Below, piece by piece: positions 1 through 8,738 of a stretch of DNA of 32,000 bases (positions within the stretch are counted from its first letter, which is position 1; every line of letters starts with the position of its first letter). The stretch lies in contig NZ_CP089976.1 in NCBI RefSeq assembly GCF_022701215.1, positions 1,620,001 through 1,652,000 of the forward strand, given 5' to 3'. Below the pieces are notes generated by a model that was not told where the DNA came from, did no database searches, and was given only the letters and a program-made list of their open reading frames with translations. Position numbers and translations under genes: made by a program. The stretch comes from Moraxella nasovis. GTDB taxonomy: Bacteria; Pseudomonadota; Gammaproteobacteria; Pseudomonadales; Moraxellaceae.

Positions 1-399
1 AATAAGCAGGACCGCCACGGTACTGACCTGTTAGCGGATCACGCTCTTTATAGACTTGAGATAAGGTAGACTCAGCATAAGCGGTGGAAGCACCTAAGAA
101 TGCCACAACCCACATCCAAAAGACAGCAGATGGACCACCAAAACCGATAGCTGCTGCTACACCTGCAATGTTACCCACACCAACACGGTTAGCAAGGGCG
201 ACCACGAACGCTTGAAATGATGAGATACCGTCAGCACTTTTAACGTTGCTAAACATTAAACGCACCATTTCACCGAACAGGCGTACCTGCACGAAGCGAG
301 TCATAATTGAATAAAATAAACCTGCACCTAAGCACAGGTAGATCAGAGCAGGGCTCCAGATGATCCCGTTCAGCCAATCTACTAATGCATTCATATCCA
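1..399 (-). CDS. sodium:alanine (alanine/glycine:cation) symporter family protein, N-terminal part; the gene runs off the window edge
   Basis: My own reverse-strand translation from the ATG at 397-399 gives MDMNALVDWLNGIIWSPALIYLCLGAGLFYSIMTRFVQVRLFGEMVRLMFSN...ANRVGVGNIAGVAAAIGFGGPSAVFWMW.... This is a typical AGCS-family N-terminus. GGAGAG lies 6 nt upstream of the ATG. The ORF is absent from the ORF track because it is open at position 1. Confidence 0.75.
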
Positions 400-717
400 T
401 GAATATACTCTCCGAGAGTAGGAATTGTTTTGTATTTGGCAAATAATTTATCTTAAAAATGACATCAGCATGCCAAACTCAAAAAAGCCAAATAAATAAA
501 CAAAATAAGAAAATGATAAACAACCTGCTAAAAGCTGGTTTTAATTGCATAATTTGCCATATTTTTTTAACAAATACTAGTAAATTTTGTAAGAATTTTA
601 CGAAATTTTACAAAAATAATGATTTGAGCAAGCACCAATCTAGTAAAATGCTTGAAAAGAGTGATTGATTATCCCATTAAGTTATAATTAAGTAAGATTT
701 ATTTATTAAGGTGAAAT

Positions 718-1359
718 ATGATGACACATGTAAAACGCACCCAAGCTTTTGCAAAAAAAACCACCATCGCACTAATGTTGGCAGGTTCGCTATCATTAAC
801 AGGCTGTGGCTATAACCAATTGCAAGCCCAAGATGAGCAAGTAACAGCATCATGGTCAGAAGTGGTGAATCAATACCAACGCCGTGCTGACCTTGTTCCA
901 AATCTTGTAACAGTAGTGCAGCGTTATGCTGAGCATGAGCAAGCGGTGTTTACTGATGTCGCCAAAGCTCGTGCAGCCGCAGGCAGTGTCCAGATTACCC
1001 CAGAAGTACTAAACAATCCGCAAGCACTGCAGCAGTACCAAGAAGCCCAAGCCCAAATGACAGGCGCGTTATCACGTCTGATGGCAGTCTCTGAGCGTTA
1101 TCCAGAGCTAAAAGCAGATGCCATGTTCCAAGACTTGCAAGCACAGCTTGAAGGCACAGAAAACCGCATCACTGTCGCTCGTCAAAGATACATTCAAGAT
1201 GTTCAAGGCTATAATACAACCGTACGCCAATTCCCAACGAACCTTACGGCGATGGTTTTTGGCATGGATAAAAAAGCCAACTTCACCGTCCAAAATGAAG
1301 CTGAAGTATCAAGTGCTCCAAGCGTGAACTTTAATAACACATCATCATCTACCAACTAA
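718..1359 (+). CDS. LemA family protein (lipoprotein-like signal, LTGC)
   Basis: 213-aa ORF with AAGGTGA upstream. It has an N-terminal signal/lipobox LSLTGC and the LemA-type core ...WSEVVNQYQRRADLVPNLV...YPELKA...TENRI..AR..Y... Confidence 0.85.
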   Translation: MMTHVKRTQAFAKKTTIALMLAGSLSLTGCGYNQLQAQDEQVTASWSEVVNQYQRRADLVPNLVTVVQRYAEHEQAVFTDVAKARAAAGSVQITPEVLNNPQALQQYQEAQAQMTGALSRLMAVSERYPELKADAMFQDLQAQLEGTENRITVARQRYIQDVQGYNTTVRQFPTNLTAMVFGMDKKANFTVQNEAEVSSAPSVNFNNTSSSTN

Positions 1360-1363
1360 GCTA

Positions 1364-2494
1364 ATGCAAGTCAATCATATGACAAAAAGTCGGCTAAGTG
1401 GTATGGGGCGAAGTCTTGGCTTGGTGCTTTTAAGCATGACCATGCTGACGCAGACAACTCATGCCACGATCACCCAGCATACAGATGCTGACCAAGATTT
1501 GACAGATTTGGCAGTCATCAGCACGATGACAAAGGCCAAGTCTGACGATCACACTTCCTTTGAGAGCATGGGGGAGGCAATGTCGCCTATGGGTGAGATT
1601 GTCTCGCAGATGCAAGATGATGATGTGGCAGTGGCAAAGTCTCAGCCTGTCAATCCTACATCATCAACAGCAGATGCTGTGTCTCATGATAAGCTTATCT
1701 TAAACGAGCCTGTTATCGATGTCGCCCACATTCTAAGCCCTACTGACAAGGCGCAGCTATCTGACCAGCTAAGGCAGATCCACCAAGATCGCTTGGCTCA
1801 AGCTGCTCTTGTTATCGTGCCGACCACTGATGGTATCCCAGTATTTGATTATGCGATGGCGGTGGCAGATCGCTGGCAGCTGGGTAATAAAGACGTGGAT
1901 AACGGACTTTTGATCTTAGTGTCTGTTAATGATCGCAACATGCACATTCTGACAGGTTATGGCCTAGAAGGTGTGCTGCCTGATGTCGTACTAAAGCGTA
2001 TCATTCGTAATGACATCACCCCTGCTTTTAAGACAGGTAACTATGCCCAAGGTCTATCGATGGGTATCGCTCGCATTAGTGAGCGACTGCACGCAGATCC
2101 ATCCACACTTTCACCAGAAGATGAGTCGGTTGGCGTGGCACAGGGTGTGCCGATGATTGCGTTACTGATTTTTGGTATCGTTTTTGGATCGATATTAATA
2201 GCCATTTTTGGTAGGTTTATCGGTGCTACTTTAACGGCAGGTGGTGTGGGATTGGCGGGTCTAACTTTAGGCTCAGGATTTTTCTTATCTGTTGTGGCGG
2301 CGATTATCGTTTGGCTATTCTTACTATTTAAGGGGGGTAGTGGCGGTGGACGCAGTGGCAGAGGTGGCGGCGGTTTCATCGGTGGCTCTATGGGTGGGCT
2401 AGGTGGCGGATTTGGCGGTGGAGGTTTTGGCTCAGGCAGCTTTGGCGGTGGGGGCGGCAGCTTTGGCGGTGGCGGTGCAGGCGGCTCTTGGTAA
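1364..2494 (+). CDS. TPM domain-containing protein (YgcG-like) with TM segments and a Gly-rich C-terminal tail
   Basis: 376-aa ORF starting 5 nt after the lemA stop. It has a signal sequence, a TPM-phosphatase-like core (...VIDVAHILSP..LSDQL..........LVIVPT...), two hydrophobic segments and a GGGxGGG low-complexity tail. The start is uncertain; the ATG at 1379 is also possible. Confidence 0.8.
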   Translation: MQVNHMTKSRLSGMGRSLGLVLLSMTMLTQTTHATITQHTDADQDLTDLAVISTMTKAKSDDHTSFESMGEAMSPMGEIVSQMQDDDVAVAKSQPVNPTSSTADAVSHDKLILNEPVIDVAHILSPTDKAQLSDQLRQIHQDRLAQAALVIVPTTDGIPVFDYAMAVADRWQLGNKDVDNGLLILVSVNDRNMHILTGYGLEGVLPDVVLKRIIRNDITPAFKTGNYAQGLSMGIARISERLHADPSTLSPEDESVGVAQGVPMIALLIFGIVFGSILIAIFGRFIGATLTAGGVGLAGLTLGSGFFLSVVAAIIVWLFLLFKGGSGGGRSGRGGGGFIGGSMGGLGGGFGGGGFGSGSFGGGGGSFGGGGAGGSW

Positions 2495-2545
2495 TAGCAA
2501 TGCAAGTACTGTTGGTATAAACACTCACTTTAATAAGAAATAACC

Positions 2546-3064
2546 ATGCAAACCATAAAATCAACTAAAAGCTTAAGACGTCTGATTCGCCAGCTTTGTT
2601 TTATTCCACTATTACATCGGCACGATTTTTCTAAGCACTACGCCCAAGACTTAGCAGGGGTCGTTTCTCGTGCAGAGCAGGGGCATGATGGTGAGATTCG
2701 TCTGATTATTGAAGAGCATTTACCCATTGCGATGGCGTACGCGACTAACTGTCGTGAAAGAGCATTATCGTTATTTGCAAGCCACCATGTATGGGATACA
2801 GAACAAAATACAGGCGTGCTGATTTATGTAAATATCTGTGAACATAGTCTGGAGATTATCGCTGATCGTGGTATTGATCGCTGTGCTACCGAGACGATTT
2901 GGCAGCAGTTGGCAGCAGATACCATAGTACTGTTTAGACAGGGTAAGATGCAAGAGGGGCTTGAGCGATTATTAATTCAGGTCGGTGATGTTTTAAGACA
3001 GCATTTTCCTAGCGATGATGTGATGGGGAATGAACTGCCTGATGAAGTAATCGTGTTAAAATAA
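2546..3064 (+). CDS. TPM domain-containing protein (second, cytoplasmic-type member of the LemA-TPM-TPM operon)
   Basis: 172-aa ORF on the same strand, third gene of the cluster. It contains a segment typical of the small TPM/DUF477-like partner proteins: GEIRLIIEEHLP.......RA..LF....VWDTEQNTGVLIYV....H.LEIIADRGI. Confidence 0.7.
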   Translation: MQTIKSTKSLRRLIRQLCFIPLLHRHDFSKHYAQDLAGVVSRAEQGHDGEIRLIIEEHLPIAMAYATNCRERALSLFASHHVWDTEQNTGVLIYVNICEHSLEIIADRGIDRCATETIWQQLAADTIVLFRQGKMQEGLERLLIQVGDVLRQHFPSDDVMGNELPDEVIVLK

Positions 3065-3094
3065 ATCATGATGGCTAAATTTATCAGATTTTTC

Positions 3095-3123
3095 TTGCTA
3101 TTAAGGTAAAAATTTTGTAAAAT
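3095..3123 (+). promoter_or_regulatory. sigma70-type promoter upstream of rplU-rpmA
   Basis: TTGCTA (3095-3100), a 17-nt spacer ending in TG, then TAAAAT (3118-3123), about 85 nt upstream of the rplU ATG. Confidence 0.45.
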
Positions 3124-3208
3124 GCCCTTTTATTTTGCCTTGTCGTGTTCGTTATCAAGCGTTGTCAAGTCGGCAACCACGGCACACAGGTTTATCTGGA
3201 GAACTTAG

Positions 3209-3520
3209 ATGTACGCAGTTATCAAAAGTGGCGGTAAACAGCACCGTGTTAGCGTTGGCGAAACACTAAAAGTTGAACTTCTAAAAGAAGAAGTTGGTGC
3301 CGCGCTAAAGATTGAAGATGTGCTAATGGTTGTCAATGATTCTGATATTAAAATCGGTCAGCCAGTTGTTGAAGGTGCAAGCGTAGAAGCTGAAGTAGTA
3401 AGTCATGGTCGTGGCAAGAAAGTGCGTATTGTTAAGCATCGTCGTCGTAAGCACTACCATAAAGAGCAAGGTCACCGTCAATGGTTCACTGAGCTTAAGA
3501 TTACTGCAATCAACGCTTAA
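3209..3520 (+). CDS. rplU: 50S ribosomal protein L21
   Basis: [23 protein letters not shown]... is the canonical L21 N-terminus. A GGAGA RBS is present. Confidence 0.97.
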   Translation: MYAVIKSGGKQHRVSVGETLKVELLKEEVGAALKIEDVLMVVNDSDIKIGQPVVEGASVEAEVVSHGRGKKVRIVKHRRRKHYHKEQGHRQWFTELKITAINA

Positions 3521-3579
3521 TTGCTTCATTTACCCATTAGTTTTGATGCTTTTTAAGCATTCACACAGGAGATTTTCTC

Positions 3580-3837
3580 ATGGCACATAAAAAAGCCGCA
3601 GGTTCTACTCGTAACGGTCGTGATTCTAACCCAAAAATGCTTGGTGTAAAAGTATTTGGTGGTCAAGACGTTGTTGCAGGTAACATCATCGTACGTCAGC
3701 GTGGCACAGAATTCCACGCAGGTGAAGGCGTAGGCATGGGTCGTGATCACACCCTATTTGCTTTGACTGAAGGTGTTGTTAAGTTTGAGACCAAAGGTCA
3801 ATTTAACCGCCGTTATGTATCTGTACTTGCTAAATAA
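3580..3837 (+). CDS. rpmA: 50S ribosomal protein L27
   Basis: [28 protein letters not shown]....[14 protein letters not shown].. is the canonical L27 sequence. An AGGAG RBS is present. Confidence 0.97.
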   Translation: MAHKKAAGSTRNGRDSNPKMLGVKVFGGQDVVAGNIIVRQRGTEFHAGEGVGMGRDHTLFALTEGVVKFETKGQFNRRYVSVLAK

Positions 3838-3866
3838 GCGTTAGTGCAGCGTTACATAATTCGCTA

Positions 3867-3901
3867 AAAGCTCATTGTTTATTCAATGGGCTTTTGATTT
3901 T
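3867..3901 (+). terminator. rho-independent terminator after rpmA
   Basis: AAAAGCTCATTG (3867-3878) pairs with CAATGGGCTTTT (3885-3896) with one mismatch, followed by a T-rich tract. Confidence 0.6.
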
Positions 3902-3994
3902 TATTATGCCAATGGGTGTTAGCACGTGCATCACTTTCGTGTTATAAAACAGCCTAAATCCCTTAAAATCAAATATCTATAAGACAGTCATATT

Positions 3995-4798
3995 ATGGAC
4001 ATCGCTTTATCAAACGTACTTATCGCTTTTGCCATCACCTTTGCTGCAGGGCTTGCCACCGTACTTGGCAGTGCACTTGTGTTTTTTCAAAAGACGCCAA
4101 GCCCCAGAGTGCTTGCTTTTGGGCTTGCTTTTGCAGGCGGAGCGATGGTATTTGTGTCATTGACGGAGATTCTTGGTAAGTCGGTAGAGAGCTTTGGTCA
4201 GGTATTTGGTAATGTGGGTTATAACTATGCTACGTTTGCGTTTTTGGCAGGTCTGATAGCCGTGATGATGATTGATCGTCTTATTCCTAATCCACACGCC
4301 ACACTTGACACCGATGATCCTAAGTTTCATGATGAAAGCGAAGCATACATCAAGCGTATCGGCATACTGTCTGCTTTTGCCATTACTGCTCATAACTTTC
4401 CTGAAGGTTTGGCAACTTTTTTTGCTACGCTTGAATCGCCAACAGTGGGCTTACCCCTTGCTTTAGCGATTGCAGTGCATAACATTCCTGAGGGTATTTC
4501 TATTGCCGCCCCCATTTATTTTGCCACTAAGGATAAAAAATTAACCGTTATCGCTTGTCTTATTTCAGGGCTTGCCGAGCCGATGGGAGCGATGATTGGC
4601 TACTTTGTACTAAAATCAGTGCTTTCTGATGCAGTGTTTGGCATGGTGTTTGGGCTAATTGCAGGGATTATGGTATTTTTGGCATTAGATGAGTTGCTGC
4701 CTGCTGCCAAGCAATATTCCAAAGGCCATGAAGCGGTATATGGCATGGTGGGTGGCATGGTGGTGATGGCGATAAGCTTAGTGTTATTTAATGGGTGA
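3995..4798 (+). CDS. zupT: zinc transporter ZupT (ZIP family)
   Basis: 267-aa polytopic membrane protein with the ZIP signature motifs HNFPEGLA and HNIPEGISIA. Confidence 0.9.
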   Translation: MDIALSNVLIAFAITFAAGLATVLGSALVFFQKTPSPRVLAFGLAFAGGAMVFVSLTEILGKSVESFGQVFGNVGYNYATFAFLAGLIAVMMIDRLIPNPHATLDTDDPKFHDESEAYIKRIGILSAFAITAHNFPEGLATFFATLESPTVGLPLALAIAVHNIPEGISIAAPIYFATKDKKLTVIACLISGLAEPMGAMIGYFVLKSVLSDAVFGMVFGLIAGIMVFLALDELLPAAKQYSKGHEAVYGMVGGMVVMAISLVLFNG

Positions 4799-5040
4799 AT
4801 GGATAAGAAAGTTGGTTATCTGTTAAGTGCTTTATTGGTCCTGTAAGTGCGTTAGCAGTGATTGGTGATGAGCTATCCATAATTTTTCGCACTAAATGAC
4901 CATTCAAGGCTTATCTTGTGTCAATAACTAAAAAGTGTTTATAGACAAATAATCATCAAAATAAAATCAAGGCACAAGAAGATTTTTGGTTGTAAGTTAA
5001 AAGTGTTCTTTGTAAATATAGTGGCATTGATAAAAAAAAT

Positions 5041-5091
5041 CCCATCTTTTTATTAAACCCATCTTTTTATTAAACTTATCTTTTTATTAAA
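5041..5091. repeat. 17-bp direct tandem repeat x3 (CCCATCTTTTTATTAAA; third copy CTTATCTTTTTATTAAA)
   Basis: Read directly: units at 5041-5057, 5058-5074 and 5075-5091, preceded by an A8 run. Confidence 0.9.
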
Positions 5092-5176
5092 GACGAAAAT
5101 TTATATTTAATATGAGCTGCCTGTAATCAGCTTAAAATATTAAAAAAATAGTGTAGATTGAAGCTTAATCCACATT

Positions 5177-5236
5177 AGCTCTAGTAAGCTCTAGTAAGCT
5201 CTAGTAAGCTCTAGTAAGCTCTAGTAAGCTCTAGTA
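5177..5236. repeat. 10-bp perfect tandem repeat x6 (AGCTCTAGTA)
   Basis: Read directly: six identical contiguous units, each containing the palindromic tetranucleotides AGCT and CTAG. Confidence 0.95.
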
Positions 5237-5275
5237 ATTTTATCTAAAACAGCTTAGTTTTATTTTGCTATGTTT

Positions 5276-5842
5276 TTAGTCTATCTGCTTAAATAACCAG
5301 TGCAATAGTAAGCCTTCTTGCTTGGGTTCTCCATTATTACCATCAGTGGGAAATGGTATGGCGTACTCACTCATCTGATAGCCACGACGTTGATAAAATT
5401 TGAGTAATTCTGGGCGGTGTGACAGTATGGACATGGCATAACCATCTAAGTTGTATTTATCAGCATGACGTGTGGCAAAGGTCTCTACTGCCGACAGCAG
5501 CGTGTCACCAACCCCTTTGCCTTGCAGCTCTGGAATCACGGCAAATGTGCCAATATAGGCTACCTTTTTCTCATACATAGTGATAAATTCAACACCAATG
5601 CACGCTAAAATTACGCCTTTGTCATTGGGGTGCTCAAAGACAAATAAATAAGCAGTGTCATTTTGAATAAAGCGATAGATTTCATCATCGGTAGTGCGAA
5701 TGCCACCGATAAGATTAGCTTCATTGGTCCAGCCTTCATCACTGCGATAACAGCGGTTGAGCAGGGTAACGAGTTTGGGCGTGTCATCTTGGGTGGCGAT
5801 ACGCAGGCGGATTTGATCTTTGGTGAGATGGCTGATTTTCAT
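5276..5842 (-). CDS. GNAT family N-acetyltransferase
   Basis: 188-aa ORF with the acetyl-CoA binding motif ...FAVIPELQGKGVGDTLL... and a GNAT-like beta-strand pattern. Confidence 0.85.
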   Translation of the reverse strand: MKISHLTKDQIRLRIATQDDTPKLVTLLNRCYRSDEGWTNEANLIGGIRTTDDEIYRFIQNDTAYLFVFEHPNDKGVILACIGVEFITMYEKKVAYIGTFAVIPELQGKGVGDTLLSAVETFATRHADKYNLDGYAMSILSHRPELLKFYQRRGYQMSEYAIPFPTDGNNGEPKQEGLLLHWLFKQID

Positions 5843-5864
5843 GAGAGGTTTGGGTTAGATTAAT

Positions 5865-5897
5865 AAAAACCTTGAGTACTCCCCAAGGTTTTTTTTT
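5865..5897 (-). terminator. hairpin plus T-run 8 nt downstream of the DUF2057-like gene (terminator or attenuator)
   Basis: AAAAACCTTG (5865-5874) pairs with CAAGGTTTTT (5884-5893), flanked by A and T runs. It sits only 23 nt upstream of the GNAT start, so it may be leaky. Confidence 0.45.
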
Positions 5898-5904
5898 AGA
5901 TAGA

Positions 5905-6537
5905 TTATTTTCGTATCCATTGACGGATTTTTTCACGCTCTTCTTCGCTTGCATTGAGCCATAACTGCATAAAGCCATCTAGATTATTGGCTGTATCTTG
6001 GTTGGTTGAGGCTTGTGACTCAGGCTGATTTAATGCAGCGATGGCTTTTTGGTTTGATAATAGGGCGTCATCTTGATTAAATAATCCGCCAATTTTCCCT
6101 GAGATGGAGCTTAGTAGCCCAGAGCGTTTCTCGGTGGTAGATTCTGATGCGATGATTTTGCCATTTTGGGCGATTGCCAAGGTGGGTTTTTTGGCATATT
6201 CCTTAGCAGTGCTATAGCTGTTTGGTTGGTTTGGCATGATAAGCTGATAGTGTTGGTTATCTGCTAGATTAACACTTAGAGAAATGTTGTTTGATTTTAG
6301 GTAATCATGCTCGCCACGTGGCAAGTCAAACAAGCGATCATAACGTGCAGTGATGATGTGGCGACCTGCATCTAGGTTGAAAGTTTTTTGTAGTGGCTGC
6401 AATATGCCGTGATGAATCTCTTTGCCATTAATGGCAGTTACTTTAATATACTCATCAACAGTTAACTCGCTTTTTGCAAAAGTGATTTGGCTTAGTGCTA
6501 TGGCTGTTATTGCGGTGATTTTTATGACATTTTTCAT
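5905..6537 (-). CDS. DUF2057 family periplasmic protein (YccT-like)
   Basis: 210-aa ORF with a signal peptide (AIALSQITFA). The overall pattern (L.V.......NGK......, C-terminal ...F..W...A..EER..I..WI.K) resembles E. coli YccT as I remember it. Confidence 0.6.
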   Translation of the reverse strand: MKNVIKITAITAIALSQITFAKSELTVDEYIKVTAINGKEIHHGILQPLQKTFNLDAGRHIITARYDRLFDLPRGEHDYLKSNNISLSVNLADNQHYQLIMPNQPNSYSTAKEYAKKPTLAIAQNGKIIASESTTEKRSGLLSSISGKIGGLFNQDDALLSNQKAIAALNQPESQASTNQDTANNLDGFMQLWLNASEEEREKIRQWIRK

Positions 6538-6567
6538 GATAGTTCCTTAAATTAATGAAAGGCTTGG

Positions 6568-7329
6568 TTAGTCAAGTGAGCTTTTATCACTGACCTCAAG
6601 CAGTAACGTCTGTGTTTCTATGATTTGTTTAGCTTCCTCGATGGTTTTTTTGGGTACTTGCACACGAGTTAGGTGTGTTAGCAAAGGTGATATTTTATCA
6701 AGAACTCGCATGATATCGCCTGCATTTCTAGGGCCTTCATCGAGTAAGTATTGCCGAATCTGCTCAGGTAATCGCCAGTTGCGGCGGTGTAAGATGGTCT
6801 CAATTAATGCCTGCCTGTCTGCCACATCATCATTATCAGGCAAGTGAAAGGTCGGTGCAAGCGATAGGCGAGTGACAAGATCGAGTAAGCCAACATCAAG
6901 CTCACGTGCAGACTCAGTTGATAGAAAAATTAGTTGTTTATTTTGCTTGCGAACACGATTAATTAAGTCAAATACGCTTTCTTGCCATGCTCTAGAACGG
7001 CTCAATAGCTGTAAATCATCAATGATAATAAGATTGAATATTTCAAGCCCCATGAGGGCATCAAATGCATCATAATTACTGCCAACCATCTCTTTTAGGG
7101 TGAGACTAATAACGCTCTTGCCAAGATCATTAAAGTGGCGATAAATGGCAGCTGCCAAATGGGACTTGCCAAAGCCTTCGCCACCTACGATATAAAGCTC
7201 ACGCATACTACCTGCGGCAAGCTCATCGATGGCATGGCGAATGGGTGAGAAGCCTGCCGCATTAAAGTCGTCCAAACTGACATCTTGTTTTAACTCAAGA
7301 TTAAGGGCAGTCTGAAAAAAATCGCTCAT
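6568..7329 (-). CDS. hda: DnaA regulatory inactivator Hda / HdaA-like AAA+ protein
   Basis: 253-aa ORF with the Walker-A-like GGEGFGKSHLAAAIY, a box resembling DnaA domain III (IIIDDLQLL) and a sensor region. Confidence 0.8.
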   Translation of the reverse strand: MSDFFQTALNLELKQDVSLDDFNAAGFSPIRHAIDELAAGSMRELYIVGGEGFGKSHLAAAIYRHFNDLGKSVISLTLKEMVGSNYDAFDALMGLEIFNLIIIDDLQLLSRSRAWQESVFDLINRVRKQNKQLIFLSTESARELDVGLLDLVTRLSLAPTFHLPDNDDVADRQALIETILHRRNWRLPEQIRQYLLDEGPRNAGDIMRVLDKISPLLTHLTRVQVPKKTIEEAKQIIETQTLLLEVSDKSSLD

Positions 7330-7441
7330 TAAGGGAATATCCTAAGTATGATGTATCGTTATGTTGCGTAGGTTTGTCTATATATAGCACACTTTTAGAA
7401 AATTAGGCAAGCTAAATTTAACAATGTGCTTGCATTTGGTG

Positions 7442-8551
7442 CTAATCCACATCTCTCCAAAGGTCAAGCTGTGGCTTGCCTTTATACCATCTGCTGGCTA
7501 AATATGCATTATAAGCGTGGTTAAATATGACATTTAGTACAGCAGAAACAGGCAAAGCGACTAACATACCTATAAAGCCAAATAAACTTGCCCCCGCCAA
7601 TACCGAAAAGATAACCCAAAGTGGCGATAGACCAATTTTATCCCCCAACAAAAGCGGCTGCAAGATATAACCTTCAGCAATTTGACCAATCATAAAAGCA
7701 CCGATAATCATGCCTAGGTGTAGCCAATCAAAGCCAAATTGAAATAAGCCTGCGATAATAGCAGCAATAATACCAATGCCAAAGCCTAAGTAAGGTACAA
7801 AGCTTGCAATGCCTGAACTGATACCGATGATGAGTCCTAGTTTTAATCCGATGAGTTCTAGCTGAACAGCATAGATTGCACCGAGTAAAAGCATAACAAG
7901 CAGCTGACCTTTGGCAAAATTCATCAGAGCATCGTCACAGTCTTTGGCGATTTGAACGATTTTATTCTCATAAGGCTTGGGAATGGCATTTTGCCATGTT
8001 TTTAGTCGAGAACGCCAGCCAATAAGAAAATAAAATGTCAAGATAGGCACCATGACTGCAAGCCCAAAGTTATTAGCAACGCTTGCCCCAGATGACAGGG
8101 CTTGCTTGATTAATGACTGAGCATCAGAGACTTGATAATTATTTTGAAAAAAATCAATCGCAGAATTAGAGATGACATTTAGATGTAGTGCTGGTGGATT
8201 TTTATTGGTATAACGCCCAATCCAAAGTCGTCCTGTTTCGTTATACCAAGCCACAAGCGATGGTAGTGACTCCCAAGCCAACTGTAACTGAGCCCATAAC
8301 ATAGGAATTAGCCAAACAAGCAAAGCACTTACAACTGCAATACAGCTAAGATATACAGCGATGATGGCAATAATCCTTGGCATAAAGCGTGACAAAAAGC
8401 CAACTAAGGGGTTTAAAAAATATGCCAAAGCAAACGCTGCAACAAATGGTGCGATGATTGAACGCATTAAAAATAGTGCGTACAGCATGATCGCCATAAG
8501 GGCTAAGATGAATAACCGTTTAAAAAATGGGTCAATACGATAAGATGACAT
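7442..8551 (-). CDS. AI-2E family transporter (PerM/YdiK-like permease)
   Basis: 369-aa polytopic membrane protein with typical AI-2E family topology and the conserved C-terminal G..E....P...G motif region (QIAEGYILQPLLLGDKIGLSPLWV). Confidence 0.85.
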   Translation of the reverse strand: MSSYRIDPFFKRLFILALMAIMLYALFLMRSIIAPFVAAFALAYFLNPLVGFLSRFMPRIIAIIAVYLSCIAVVSALLVWLIPMLWAQLQLAWESLPSLVAWYNETGRLWIGRYTNKNPPALHLNVISNSAIDFFQNNYQVSDAQSLIKQALSSGASVANNFGLAVMVPILTFYFLIGWRSRLKTWQNAIPKPYENKIVQIAKDCDDALMNFAKGQLLVMLLLGAIYAVQLELIGLKLGLIIGISSGIASFVPYLGFGIGIIAAIIAGLFQFGFDWLHLGMIIGAFMIGQIAEGYILQPLLLGDKIGLSPLWVIFSVLAGASLFGFIGMLVALPVSAVLNVIFNHAYNAYLASRWYKGKPQLDLWRDVD

Positions 8552-8738
8552 GGTAGCTTTTCTGCTTATGAGTGAAAATATCGGCTATTTTACAAAAATT
8601 TTTATGTTTTGTGTTAAGGCGTTCAGATAAAATTTGTAAAAAATTAAAAAATTGATGAAAGATGGGGGTAAAGTGAGACCTTACGCTTTATTTTTTTGTT
8701 ATAATTAGATTAATTTTTTGCTATTTTAAGGTATTGCT

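Noticed and set aside
459-668. 69-aa plus-strand ORF in the symporter/lemA divergent promoter region
   Set aside because: It lies in very AT-rich DNA, has a Lys/Asn-rich low-complexity translation, has no RBS, and sits in a promoter region.
2041-2505. 154-aa Pro-rich ORF on the minus strand (PPAPPPPKLPPPPPK...)
   Set aside because: It is the antisense shadow of the Gly-rich (GGN codon) tail of the TPM protein gene, because CCN is the complement of GGN. It has no RBS and lies entirely inside a well-supported gene.
4800-4847. 15-codon hydrophobic mini-ORF (MDKKVGYLLSALLVL) starting right after the zupT stop (TGAATG)
   Set aside because: It is too short to support from sequence alone, has no clear RBS, and I cannot assess its conservation here.
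5177-5236. Possible CRISPR array
   Set aside because: The repeats are 10 bp and directly contiguous with no spacers. This is a microsatellite/VNTR, not a CRISPR array, and no cas genes are present in the window.
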